Below are positions 26,846 to 35,642 of a DNA stretch of 64,000 nucleotides, piece after piece. This DNA comes from Candidatus Micrarchaeota archaeon (GTDB lineage Archaea; Micrarchaeota; Micrarchaeia; Anstonellales; J096), in the NCBI GenBank assembly GCA_026982895.1, contig JALWQW010000030.1, forward strand, positions 14,115-78,114. Reading direction: 5' to 3'. Numbering within the stretch: the first letter of the stretch is position 1; every line of letters begins with the position of its first letter. A program made the position numbers and the translations under genes. The notes under the pieces were generated by a model. It was not told the origin of the DNA. It searched no databases and saw only the letters and a list, made by a program, of their open reading frames with translations.

Positions 26846-26857
26846 CATTTTAAAACG
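26846..26857 (-). promoter_or_regulatory. TATA-like A/T box for the AT-rich cassette ORF
   Basis: Minus-strand cgttttaaaatg, 23-34 nt upstream of ATG 26823. Confidence 0.5.
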
Positions 26858-26880
26858 TAAGGAGTGATATAGCTCTATAG

Positions 26881-26987
26881 AGGCTCTGTATAAACTCTCA
26901 ATAAGCCACATTCACAATTAATAACCCACCCTAATTTCTATCTAAAATCCAACGCAAAAACACCTAGAGAAAACACACTTATACACC
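26881..26987 (+). repeat. 107-bp perfect direct repeat, copy 2
   Basis: Identical to 24986-25092. Confidence 0.95.
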
Positions 26988-27050
26988 AACACTAATTAAA
27001 ACGCTATTGAGAGCATTACCTTAATACTCCTTAAATGTGTTAAATTAGGC
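26987..27050 (+). repeat. degenerate direct repeat A' (outer right flank of cassette)
   Basis: caacactaattaaaacgctattgag...cttaaatgtgttaaatta resembles 24911-24985. Confidence 0.5.
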
Positions 27051-27084
27051 AGCACAATAATAAAAGAATAAAAAAGGTAAAAAC

Positions 27085-27960
27085 TTAGACGCACTTCCTG
27101 TTCTTTACATCGCAGATTTGCCCTGTTCCACAGTCGCTGTCCGTGTTACATCTACCAGGTTTAACATTGCAGCTCCTCGAAGACTGATCACAGTACTCCC
27201 AATCCTTACAATCGTTATCCGTGTTACAGCGGCCTCTTTGAGCGACGCATATATGCTGCTTTCTATCGCAGTACTCCCATGAGCGACATTCGCTGCTCGT
27301 GTCGCAGTAACCAGGAAGAGCTTCACATTTATGGCTCATTTCGCTGTTCTTGCTGTCCAAAACACAATACTGCCAGTCGCCACAATCTTCGTCGCTGTTG
27401 CAGAAGCCAGATCTAGCGACACATTCATGGCTGCTTTCATTGCAGGACTCCCATGCTTCACAATCCTTGTCAGAAGTACAAAAGCCTGCTATGGGCACAC
27501 ATCGATTATCTTTGCAGATCTGCCAGCTCGCTTCACAATCATAGTCACTCTTACATAAGCCTGGCTTTGTTTTACAAACATGGCTATCCTGATCGCAGAC
27601 TTCATCTTTAGCACAGTCTGAATCAGCAGCGCAGAAACCCTTTGCAGGAACGCATTGATTGCTTGCTGTGTTGCATACCTGCCAGGTATCACAATCAGCA
27701 TCTGTGCCACAATTCCCAGCCTTTGCTTCGCAGAAGTGGCTCTTCTTATCGCATGTCTGCCAGCCCTCACAGTCGTTATTGGAAACACATCTGCCAGGTA
27801 ATGGCTCGCACATTTTCTTCTCCATGTTACAGCTCTGCCAACTGCTACAATCAGCGTTGCTGGAACACTTTTTCAATTCTGTATTAACGCAACCACTAAG
27901 TAATATAACTGCCGCCAGAAGGGCGACAATAAAAACTGCCAAAAGGAATCGCTTATCCAT
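27085..27960 (-). CDS. secreted/lipid-anchored cysteine-rich repeat protein (10 tandem 4-Cys modules)
   Basis: Signal peptide with lipobox-like LLSGC, followed by 10 modules of pattern C-x(S/T)(D/N)x(D/E)C-xxW(Q/E)xC-x6-C-x5-G, for example CNTDNDCKDWEYCDQSSRSC. 41 Cys in 291 aa. Confidence 0.7.
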   Translation of the reverse strand: MDKRFLLAVFIVALLAAVILLSGCVNTELKKCSSNADCSSWQSCNMEKKMCEPLPGRCVSNNDCEGWQTCDKKSHFCEAKAGNCGTDADCDTWQVCNTASNQCVPAKGFCAADSDCAKDEVCDQDSHVCKTKPGLCKSDYDCEASWQICKDNRCVPIAGFCTSDKDCEAWESCNESSHECVARSGFCNSDEDCGDWQYCVLDSKNSEMSHKCEALPGYCDTSSECRSWEYCDRKQHICVAQRGRCNTDNDCKDWEYCDQSSRSCNVKPGRCNTDSDCGTGQICDVKNRKCV

Positions 27961-27979
27961 AGCCTAACCCCCAAAAAGA

Positions 27980-28447
27980 TTACTTACGCTTCTTTTTGGA
28001 GGAAGCTTTTTTATTTTTAGTGGTTTTTCTGGTAGTTTTTTTACCAGCCTTTTTCTTTGCAGGCTTCTTTGCCCTTTTAGCAGGAGCTTTTTTTGCTTTA
28101 GCCCTCTTAGCAGTCGTGCGTTTCTTTGTCGTCTTCTTTGCAGCCTTTTTAACTTTTGGCTTCGCTTCTTTTCTCTCTGTCATAGGCTCTGTTTTAAGGG
28201 AACGCTCGGATTCCAGCTTATACTCTAATTCCTCCTCGGCAAGACACTCTGGGCATGTATTTATCTTCAATAGAGAGTATATAGGACAAACGCCCACAAA
28301 CCCAGTTATGAGTAACCAAAAAGCGGCCAGCACTAATCCTGTCTTTAACCAGTCAGTAGTTCCCACCTGGGGGCTCATTGCAGCAAACAAGAGAATCAAG
28401 CCCACTATAATTCTAACAATCTGATCAACACTTCCGACATTGTGCAT
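27980..28447 (-). CDS. DUF2892 (YgaP-like) membrane protein with Lys/Ala-rich histone-H1-like C-terminal tail
   Basis: N-terminus VGSVDQIVRIIVGLILL...GVCPIYSLL. The last ~60 aa read KPKVKKAAKKTTKKRTTAKRAKAKKAPAKRAKKPAKKKAGKK... An AGGTGA Shine-Dalgarno-like element precedes the ATG. Confidence 0.65.
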   Translation of the reverse strand: MHNVGSVDQIVRIIVGLILLFAAMSPQVGTTDWLKTGLVLAAFWLLITGFVGVCPIYSLLKINTCPECLAEEELEYKLESERSLKTEPMTERKEAKPKVKKAAKKTTKKRTTAKRAKAKKAPAKRAKKPAKKKAGKKTTRKTTKNKKASSKKKRK

Positions 28448-28542
28448 TTAAATCACCTAATCCAACTTAAAAAAGAACCTTTTTAAAGCTTTCGGATTCT
28501 TCGCGAGAATAATTCCAAAAACTCAATAAAAAATAAAAAATA

Positions 28543-31500
28543 TCAGCCGCGCTTGTAAATCTTCACATATTGGTTGTCATAAACCTTTGACCAGCCAGGC
28601 AAGTCGTTAAGTATAAACGCTTGGTAAAGCGGGCTATCGTAGAATCTGCTCTCATGGTCTTCCCAACCTTCTACATAAGAGCCATTGACATACCATATCG
28701 GGTCTTTAACATAGTAGAGGTTGTAAAGGCCGCTTCCAACAGGTTTAGGCAACGCTCTATGAAGAACAAGCTCGCCCATAGCATTCTTATTGTCAAGCTC
28801 ATATATACCCTTAACCGGACCGTACAAAGTCTTAACATCTGCAAAGCAGTACTTCTTTTTAGCCCCTGTAAGTCGAGGGTCGTTTCCTCTGAATGCATAG
28901 GCAATTTTCCCCTTCTTCCCTGTAAGGGGCGAAACAGTACATTCTTCGTCTGTAACATATATGCTCTCCCAAAGATTGTCCTTTTCACACTGGCTCTCAA
29001 GTTGAGCCTTATCAACACTTGTTAAATTCCTATCGGCGCAGGCGAGGTAATTCAAAGCGTAGTACTTTCCGCCGAAAGCATTCCCACTGAATAAGATTTC
29101 ACGGTCAAATAGACTGTAATTACTGCCAAATTTAGATGTTATACTATTGAAATCGCTTAGATTGGCCATGAGATAAGCGTAGGCAACCTCACCTATCATA
29201 TAGTGAGAGCGGTGCTCATTCCTTATAACAGCGTTCCGCCTTCCCCAATAATTAATCCAATGGCCATAATCCCACCAGCTCGTTATGCGCGCGTCTTTGG
29301 GCGTGTCGCTGTATATGAAAGCCATACTATCCATCCACTGTTTTGGCAGGGTTGTGCCACAAGCAAATGAAATACCTGTTTGCTCGGCTGAACTCAATGC
29401 ATGGCCCGCTGTAACGATGAAATAAAGCTGGCAGAGATTGCTCGAATACTGCTCCACCACCGAGAGATTGCCTGCATAATGGCAGAGCTCATTGAATGAG
29501 CCTTTTAATTGAGGCAGCGGCGTCTGAGATGGGAATAACGAACACCATGAAGCGCTGTGCATAGCACAATACTGCCCCACTGTAATATTCTGAGATGTAT
29601 TTATAGAACAGAAAGGTGAAAATGTGCTATTAAGAGCTGAAGGCATATAAGCAGGCTTCATGGCAGAAGCATAATACAAAAAGGGCACATCCAAGAGATG
29701 GCCATAGAAATTGACATCCAAAATAAGGACAAACAAAATCGCCGTTATGACATAAGCAAATACAATATCATACTTCTTTTTAATCAAGTCTAATCCATAG
29801 GCTATGAAATAACCTCCTGCAAGCCCCGCAGATAAGGCGAGCTGAACGAGGTACTTCGCTTTAAGTAAGCCAGGAATAGATATAGACAAAAACAAGAGGG
29901 ATATAATTAAACCCACATGGTCAAGCTCCTCCTTCTTAAAGAAGAAGCGCCAGCCTTCCCAAAAGAAATATGCAAAAGCCGCACCCCAGACATAGAATAG
30001 AAGGGAGGGTATTTTAGGATTAAAGACGACAACAGCAAACTTACCTAACACAAGTATAATAAATGAGTAAATGCTCTGGAAGGGTGCTGCTAGTATAGCA
30101 AAGAAGGATGAAAGTGGAAATGCCTCAACGATTTTGGCATTGCCGTCGCTGCCTTTAACAATGTGATAAAAATCCAAGCCAACAAAGCCAAGCTGGGATT
30201 GAACACTTCTGCCCAAAGGCTGCTGCTCAGCAATCGTTCTTTGTAGCGGGAAGGCATATTCACCCGTTTTAACACCGCCAACAAATATATTCCACCCTGC
30301 CCAAAAGACGAACAAGAACAAAACGACTGATGTGGTTAAAACAGCTCGGCGGTGTTTTGTATAGAGGCCTTTCACCTCAGCAAACTTGTTCTTTAAAAGA
30401 TAAGCTACAGACGCGAATATAAGGCTGGGAAGAAGATAGGTTATCCAAACACCTTTTGAAAGTATTCCATTAGGTTGCCAAACAACATAGAGAAAATAGC
30501 CTATGAAGAAAGTAATAGAAGCGTAAAGCGTCGTTTTCAAGGAAGTGTCATCGCGCTTTATGAAGGAATATAGAGCATACAATGCTAGAAGGAACATACC
30601 AATTATTGCCTGCGTCGTAGCAAGAGGATAAACAAAGGCTGTTAAAGCAGCCAACCACTTATAAGCGTCGTCTTTTTCTTTGAAGGCGAGATACATTGTA
30701 GCTAAGAAAGCAACATGCCATAAAAGACTGAGAGGCTGCGCTTCGAAGACACCTGAAAACATCTTCGTCGTGATAAGAGGTGTGCTTTGAAGAAGGAACG
30801 CGCCTAAAAGAGCAAACCAGACATCCTTAAATCTATGTTTGAGAAGTAAATAGAACATGAAAGTCAAAAATAGACCTGCAAGAGGCGGGTAATAATTGGC
30901 TAAGAAGCTTAGACGATAGAAATCATTATAACCACTCAATAAATCCCTGCCTGTATTGAGAGCAAAAAAGGCCGCTTGATAAAACGCCAAGCCTGGAACA
31001 GTCCTATGCGTCGTATTTAGTACAGGCCACCATGCAGTAGTATCCTGAGCAGGGACAACATGGCCTGGAGAGAGAAGCATGCCGCTAATATATAAATAGA
31101 AATAAGGGTCAAGCTCATAGTAAATAGGTGTAACCGTCGTAAAGCGCACAATAAATGAAATGTAAAGGAGTATAAGCAATGCAACAATCCCTAGAAGGTG
31201 AGGCCATTCGACCTTTAACTTAACCTCCAACTCACCCTTTATATGGTGATGGACGAGAAGAGCCAAGGCGATGAGGTATTCTAATACTATGAGTGATAAG
31301 ACAATGAGATAAGAGAAGGGAATGGACAAAACAGTGAGCAAAGCACCTGCTGCTAAAAGAAAAGCAAAGGAGCTAAAACTGCCCAATATGAGTTTTTCTA
31401 TTAAATCCTCCTTTTTAAACAAAACAAGACCTGCCAAAGCACCCGGCAGAAGAGTGACTAACAACCAAATGAACGGCCCAACGACATCCAAATACAACAT
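28543..31500 (-). CDS. aglB: archaeal oligosaccharyltransferase AglB (STT3 family)
   Basis: 985 aa with a polytopic N-terminal half and the WWDYGHW catalytic motif (SWWDYGHWINYWG), followed by a Cys-rich soluble C-terminal domain. Confidence 0.88.
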   Translation of the reverse strand: MLYLDVVGPFIWLLVTLLPGALAGLVLFKKEDLIEKLILGSFSSFAFLLAAGALLTVLSIPFSYLIVLSLIVLEYLIALALLVHHHIKGELEVKLKVEWPHLLGIVALLILLYISFIVRFTTVTPIYYELDPYFYLYISGMLLSPGHVVPAQDTTAWWPVLNTTHRTVPGLAFYQAAFFALNTGRDLLSGYNDFYRLSFLANYYPPLAGLFLTFMFYLLLKHRFKDVWFALLGAFLLQSTPLITTKMFSGVFEAQPLSLLWHVAFLATMYLAFKEKDDAYKWLAALTAFVYPLATTQAIIGMFLLALYALYSFIKRDDTSLKTTLYASITFFIGYFLYVVWQPNGILSKGVWITYLLPSLIFASVAYLLKNKFAEVKGLYTKHRRAVLTTSVVLFLFVFWAGWNIFVGGVKTGEYAFPLQRTIAEQQPLGRSVQSQLGFVGLDFYHIVKGSDGNAKIVEAFPLSSFFAILAAPFQSIYSFIILVLGKFAVVVFNPKIPSLLFYVWGAAFAYFFWEGWRFFFKKEELDHVGLIISLLFLSISIPGLLKAKYLVQLALSAGLAGGYFIAYGLDLIKKKYDIVFAYVITAILFVLILDVNFYGHLLDVPFLYYASAMKPAYMPSALNSTFSPFCSINTSQNITVGQYCAMHSASWCSLFPSQTPLPQLKGSFNELCHYAGNLSVVEQYSSNLCQLYFIVTAGHALSSAEQTGISFACGTTLPKQWMDSMAFIYSDTPKDARITSWWDYGHWINYWGRRNAVIRNEHRSHYMIGEVAYAYLMANLSDFNSITSKFGSNYSLFDREILFSGNAFGGKYYALNYLACADRNLTSVDKAQLESQCEKDNLWESIYVTDEECTVSPLTGKKGKIAYAFRGNDPRLTGAKKKYCFADVKTLYGPVKGIYELDNKNAMGELVLHRALPKPVGSGLYNLYYVKDPIWYVNGSYVEGWEDHESRFYDSPLYQAFILNDLPGWSKVYDNQYVKIYKRG

Positions 31501-31516
31501 AACCTCACCTTACCAT

Positions 31517-32572
31517 TTACTTTAAAGAGCTTTCAATATCCTCCTTCTTAATATCTGGATTGAGTGCCAAAAGCACCATTAGCTGTGGGAGCGTAGGCTT
31601 TTTAACCATACCTGGTAATTGCAAACCATCTCTATAAACCCTAAGAAGCTCCTCAGCAAGAACCTTCGAAGCTTTATCCAATAAAAGCTCAAAGCGGCTG
31701 CTCTTCAAGCTCTTAATATGCTCAACCAATTTTGGATTTGTAAAAAAGGTTTCATCTTCCCAATAGCCAAAGCCCTCTCGAGCAAGCTCGTCTTTAAGAG
31801 CTTCATGTCCTTCATGCGCGTCAATGATAGTATATGGCAAAATATGATGCTTGGCGAGTATCTCATTGTAGCGTTTCAACTCATCACCCTCTTCACTTTT
31901 AGAGGGCAATTGTTCGTTGGCATATGAAACTGCTGCTGCCGCCAACAACTTTCTGACTAATTTTATCCTTATTAGAGGCTTAACGAGCTTTTTTGTTCTG
32001 GTCTCTTCGATTTTTACAAACTCCTTTATGAGCTCGAGCTCCTCTTCTTTAGCACCATAAACAACGCCCAAATCCTCAACGAGATAACGCGTCTCCTCGA
32101 CAGTAATGCCATAACTGCTCAATAAATGCAGAAGGCGTTTATAGACGAGTATGGCATTGTACCTTAAAGGTAAAAGGGTGGAGATATAATCGCCTGCTGG
32201 TGGCACATACGGTTTAAGCTTATCCAAGGCCTGGCGGAGACCATGGCTGTAAATAGCTGCCCGAACCATATCTAAAGCCGTTTTTTTCACATTGGCAGCC
32301 TCCCTTATTATGCGCGCTTGCTTGCCCCTATCGACATATTCATCAGCATCCGATTCAACCACATCAGCATCCACGGTTTTCTTTATCATGATTAACGGCC
32401 TTTGAAACCGCCTCCTCAGCATCTCCTTTCTAATCTTCTTGAGAAACTTAATGTCGCTGCAGTTCAAGGCAATATCCATAGCCGCTCTGGCTAATGCAAT
32501 ACTCGGCATAGTGTATAGCTGCGATTCAACCTTTGCCTTCAATTCAGATAATTTATCATTTCCTGCATTCAT
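31517..32572 (-). CDS. hypothetical protein (351 aa) translationally coupled to top6A
   Basis: The ATG overlaps the top6A stop (ATGA, 32569-32572). Predicted helical, no motif recognised. Confidence 0.55.
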   Translation of the reverse strand: MNAGNDKLSELKAKVESQLYTMPSIALARAAMDIALNCSDIKFLKKIRKEMLRRRFQRPLIMIKKTVDADVVESDADEYVDRGKQARIIREAANVKKTALDMVRAAIYSHGLRQALDKLKPYVPPAGDYISTLLPLRYNAILVYKRLLHLLSSYGITVEETRYLVEDLGVVYGAKEEELELIKEFVKIEETRTKKLVKPLIRIKLVRKLLAAAAVSYANEQLPSKSEEGDELKRYNEILAKHHILPYTIIDAHEGHEALKDELAREGFGYWEDETFFTNPKLVEHIKSLKSSRFELLLDKASKVLAEELLRVYRDGLQLPGMVKKPTLPQLMVLLALNPDIKKEDIESSLK

Positions 32573-33699
32573 GGCAAAAACTCCCCCTTCCCAATTTTCT
32601 CACGAAGATATTCGCCAACGAATGTGAGTCTAGGCCCTTGCAGAGCATCTTGTTCAAGCTTCTTTTTTGTTTTCAACACCATTTTAAGCTCGCGCTCCCA
32701 TTCAGCATGCTTCTTTATCCAAGGATAGTTTATCATGTCTTGAGCCCTCTTTATATCGACATCCTTGGCCTTTATGGTGAGCTTCTTTAAGAAATCGTAG
32801 TGTTCTATATCGCTCATAGTAACGCCGACAAATTTCGCCTCGGGCACGGAGAAGTCTCTGCCAAGATAAGCGAGGTTCATGGAGCCCGTCTTTATTGTCC
32901 AGTAGATGTACCACCCCCATGCATCACAATCAGTGAATACATAAATAGGCAAGCCTTTATCAGCCAGCTTTCGTATAAGGCGGCGAACTCCACGAGAGCT
33001 CTGCCCCTTTGGCGTTATGAGTATAGCTTTTTCCTTCTGCCAGAAACGGTCTTCGTTGAGACGCTGCCACATTGCATCCTTTTCAACGACTAAAACATAT
33101 TTGGCATCCAGCTCAACTATTTCCATGTCATTATCTACATCCGAAGGAATGGCCCAGCCACTCCTACCCTGCTTCCTGCCGTCTATAAATACATCCTCTC
33201 CTGCAAAATGGTCTTTTATGACAATGGGCCCCGCCAAAACGCCTTTTCTATCAGTCGTTAGATGGAGGTCTTCTCTCTTAACGCCGAGAGCTGCTTCTAA
33301 ATCTTCTATTAAAGCGTTGCTCTCGCTCTGCTCGTCGAATAGATTCTCATCCAAATCCTCGCCAAGAGTAAATTTAAGCTGATAATACAAACCTCTGATA
33401 CTCGTATGCAAATCCTCTTCGATAAACTTCTTTGTCTTAGCGGCTACAGCGAGAGTCTGCATGAACGACTTTGATTGGCTAAGATTAAGGAACTTACGCC
33501 TTTCCCTCTTCTCACCCAAACGGAGAAACCCACCTTCTTCATCGAATATGACATTGCCTTTGCTTCTCACAACAGTTTCAAAGGCAGGGCCTTCTCCATG
33601 TTCTATCTGCTCCACCATATGCCTGCCCATGTTCCTAAGCCTGTCTAAAGCCAAGAGGTCCCCATCCAAATTGCTGCTCTTATTTTGATTGTCGCTCAT
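32569..33699 (-). CDS. top6A: DNA topoisomerase VI subunit A (Spo11-like)
   Basis: IRGLYYQLKF (catalytic Tyr region), VLVVEKDAMWQRL, KGQSSRGVRRLIRKL and the Toprim motif FTDCDAWGWYIY. Confidence 0.9.
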   Translation of the reverse strand: MSDNQNKSSNLDGDLLALDRLRNMGRHMVEQIEHGEGPAFETVVRSKGNVIFDEEGGFLRLGEKRERRKFLNLSQSKSFMQTLAVAAKTKKFIEEDLHTSIRGLYYQLKFTLGEDLDENLFDEQSESNALIEDLEAALGVKREDLHLTTDRKGVLAGPIVIKDHFAGEDVFIDGRKQGRSGWAIPSDVDNDMEIVELDAKYVLVVEKDAMWQRLNEDRFWQKEKAILITPKGQSSRGVRRLIRKLADKGLPIYVFTDCDAWGWYIYWTIKTGSMNLAYLGRDFSVPEAKFVGVTMSDIEHYDFLKKLTIKAKDVDIKRAQDMINYPWIKKHAEWERELKMVLKTKKKLEQDALQGPRLTFVGEYLREKIGKGEFLP

Positions 33700-35321
33700 G
33701 CGCTCACCTCCGAATTAGATTCGTCTCCAAACGATGCGCCCTCCAACTCCTTTTCCGTCTTCTCCCTCCCTTTGGCCATATCAAAGCGATATTCAATTAT
33801 TGATTTTATTTTATCCTCTATTGCCTCTTTTGGCATATCAGCCAGCAACGCCAGATCAGAGGAGATTTGTGAAACATACCTAAGGAAGGCCTTTTTCTTT
33901 TTTGATATCTCAGCCTCTTTCCTCTTATGCCCTATATGAAGTTTTATGCGCCTAGCAGCCTCTTGCAAAGCATTCTTAATTTCATCAGTTAGGCCTTGCT
34001 CAGGTGAGATGGCCTGCTTGCCAGCACTTATATAAGGTATGTGCGTACTGACGACATTCACCAAAATAACTATGGGCTCTTCCTCAAACTTTCTCAAACC
34101 GTACCTACTCCAATCTATGGATTTAACGACCTGCGTAACAGCATCGCCGGCTGCATCGAAAAGAAGAGGGGCTTTATTAGCAAAGCGCATTATCTCTCCA
34201 CCTCGACTTATCTTTCCACCAAAGGCAATTGCAGCTTCTACTTGGAAGGGAATACCACCCCACAAAACCTTTGGCGGCCTCTCCACAACAGCCACAATCT
34301 CAGGATACAGAATATTCTTCAAGCTCTCTTCAACTTGCTCCTGCCCTATCGGGCTAAGCACATCCGTTGGAGGGGCAATCCACTTTAACTGCTTAAACGC
34401 CTTGACTATGGATTCAGCTTCCTGCCATTTCAAATCCTTCGGCGGTTTGCTAAAGTCAATATCAGGCAATAATGATTTCAGCTTGCTGAGCTTATCCGCT
34501 GAGAAACGGATTAAATCTGTCTGCAACATACTGCCCAACTTCGTCGCAGCTGTGACATGGGCTATATCCAAGAGGTCGTGGGGAGTTATACCAAGAGGGT
34601 GGGGTTTTATTTCCTTCGGTGGCTTTGGAAGAGTATTGGAAGTTCTCTCGAATACAATCGTCTGCCCGTCAGGAGCTCTAAATTGGATTGTGGCATGGGG
34701 GTTTGCTATGGCTGTGCGTTTAAGATATTCCAACACACCGTAGTGGCCCTTATCGAATTTAACATTCGCAAATTCGCCTTCGACGGTTAATCCATGAAAG
34801 GAACTTTCCTGCTCGACGAGATTTTCTACTTTAGGTTCATTTGTTTTGAAGTCTATGCTGACATCGCAGCTTATCATCTTCCCCTTATGCCCGCTTATAA
34901 CATGTATGCCCTTTCCTGTCGTGAGTTGGGCATAGAGCGTAGCGCCGGCAGCACCAATACCCTGCTGTCCTCTCTGCTGTATATGCCTATGAAACTTCGT
35001 CCCTGCAAGCATCTTACCCAAAGCCTTGCCTATAAGCCTCTTCGGAAGGCCCGGGCCGTTATCAGCAACAATCACCCTATATTTATCAGGGCCAAGCTGC
35101 TCCAATTCAACGCGCAGATGGGGAAGAATGCCAGCTTCTTCACACGCATCTAGGCTGTTAGTTATATACTCATGGACTATCGTCGTTAAGCTTCTCACTT
35201 TTCCAGAGAAGCCCAGCATTTGCTTGTTCTTCTTAAAAAACTCTGCAACAGAATACTCTTTGAAGGTAGAGTTTCCGCCAGAATCCTGTTGGCTAATTTG
35301 ATTTTCTAATAAAGAAGACAT
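33696..35321 (-). CDS. top6B: DNA topoisomerase VI subunit B (GHKL ATPase)
   Basis: EYITNSLDACEEAG, ADNGPGL and GQQGIGAAGA Bergerat-fold motifs. The stop overlaps the top6A start by 4 nt. Confidence 0.9.
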   Translation of the reverse strand: MSSLLENQISQQDSGGNSTFKEYSVAEFFKKNKQMLGFSGKVRSLTTIVHEYITNSLDACEEAGILPHLRVELEQLGPDKYRVIVADNGPGLPKRLIGKALGKMLAGTKFHRHIQQRGQQGIGAAGATLYAQLTTGKGIHVISGHKGKMISCDVSIDFKTNEPKVENLVEQESSFHGLTVEGEFANVKFDKGHYGVLEYLKRTAIANPHATIQFRAPDGQTIVFERTSNTLPKPPKEIKPHPLGITPHDLLDIAHVTAATKLGSMLQTDLIRFSADKLSKLKSLLPDIDFSKPPKDLKWQEAESIVKAFKQLKWIAPPTDVLSPIGQEQVEESLKNILYPEIVAVVERPPKVLWGGIPFQVEAAIAFGGKISRGGEIMRFANKAPLLFDAAGDAVTQVVKSIDWSRYGLRKFEEEPIVILVNVVSTHIPYISAGKQAISPEQGLTDEIKNALQEAARRIKLHIGHKRKEAEISKKKKAFLRYVSQISSDLALLADMPKEAIEDKIKSIIEYRFDMAKGREKTEKELEGASFGDESNSEVSA

Positions 35322-35342
35322 GCGCTTATATGAAAAAGAAGG

Positions 35343-35351
35343 GTTTAAAAA
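35343..35351 (-). promoter_or_regulatory. TATA-like A/T box for the top6B-top6A-ORF351 operon
   Basis: Minus-strand tttttaaac, 22-30 nt upstream of ATG 35321. Confidence 0.55.
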
Positions 35352-35396
35352 GTTGAATATGGCCTGCTAGATAAAGCAATCTAAAGCAATCAGCCT

Positions 35397-35555
35397 CTAA
35401 TTTTCCCACGAATCATAAGGGTATATGCCAAAATTCCTTTCGAGTTTCTCCTGTCTAGCTCGGCGTATGAACTTCTTCTCTTCTATTTTCTTCTTGGGTT
35501 CTCCTTTGCGCCTCAGCTTCTTGCGAAGCTCCTTTTTACGGAATCTCTTTGCCAT
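35397..35555 (-). CDS. small basic protein, 52 aa (unassigned)
   Basis: Hand translation gives MAKRFRKKELRKKLRRKGEPKKKIEEKKFIRRARQEKLERNFGIYPYDSWEN*. A/T box at 35579-35590 at the usual 24-35 nt distance. Below the ORF-track cutoff. Confidence 0.4.
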   Translation of the reverse strand: MAKRFRKKELRKKLRRKGEPKKKIEEKKFIRRARQEKLERNFGIYPYDSWEN

Positions 35556-35578
35556 AGTTTATTATTTTAGCAAAGGAG

Positions 35579-35590
35579 AGTTTAAAAATA
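35579..35590 (-). promoter_or_regulatory. TATA-like A/T box for the 52-aa ORF
   Basis: Minus-strand tatttttaaact, 24-35 nt upstream of ATG 35555. Confidence 0.45.
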
Positions 35591-35642
35591 AGAATGTTCA
35601 AGGCACTAAAAATAAAAAGATATACACACTAAATAAAAGGCT

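Larger units (their letters stand above)
24986..26987 (+). mobile_element. direct-repeat-bounded cassette (transposase remnant + AT-rich orphan ORF)
   Basis: Two identical 107-bp repeats 1,895 bp apart enclose only a DDE transposase remnant and an AT-rich ORF. No integrase and no convincing inverted termini. Confidence 0.6.

Noticed and set aside
24791-27084. Possible CRISPR array or tRNA-derived att site around the 107-bp repeats
   Set aside because: There are only two repeat copies, 1.9 kb apart, with no short-spacer periodicity and coding sequence between them. No tRNA-like cloverleaf could be folded from the flanks.
34039-34743. 234-aa plus-strand ORF inside top6B, along with similar antisense ORFs at 21249..21701, 27996..28424, 48053..48550, 51808..52326 and 45618..46016
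   Set aside because: All lie fully inside confidently identified genes on the opposite strand and have no motifs or promoter boxes, so they are shadow ORFs.
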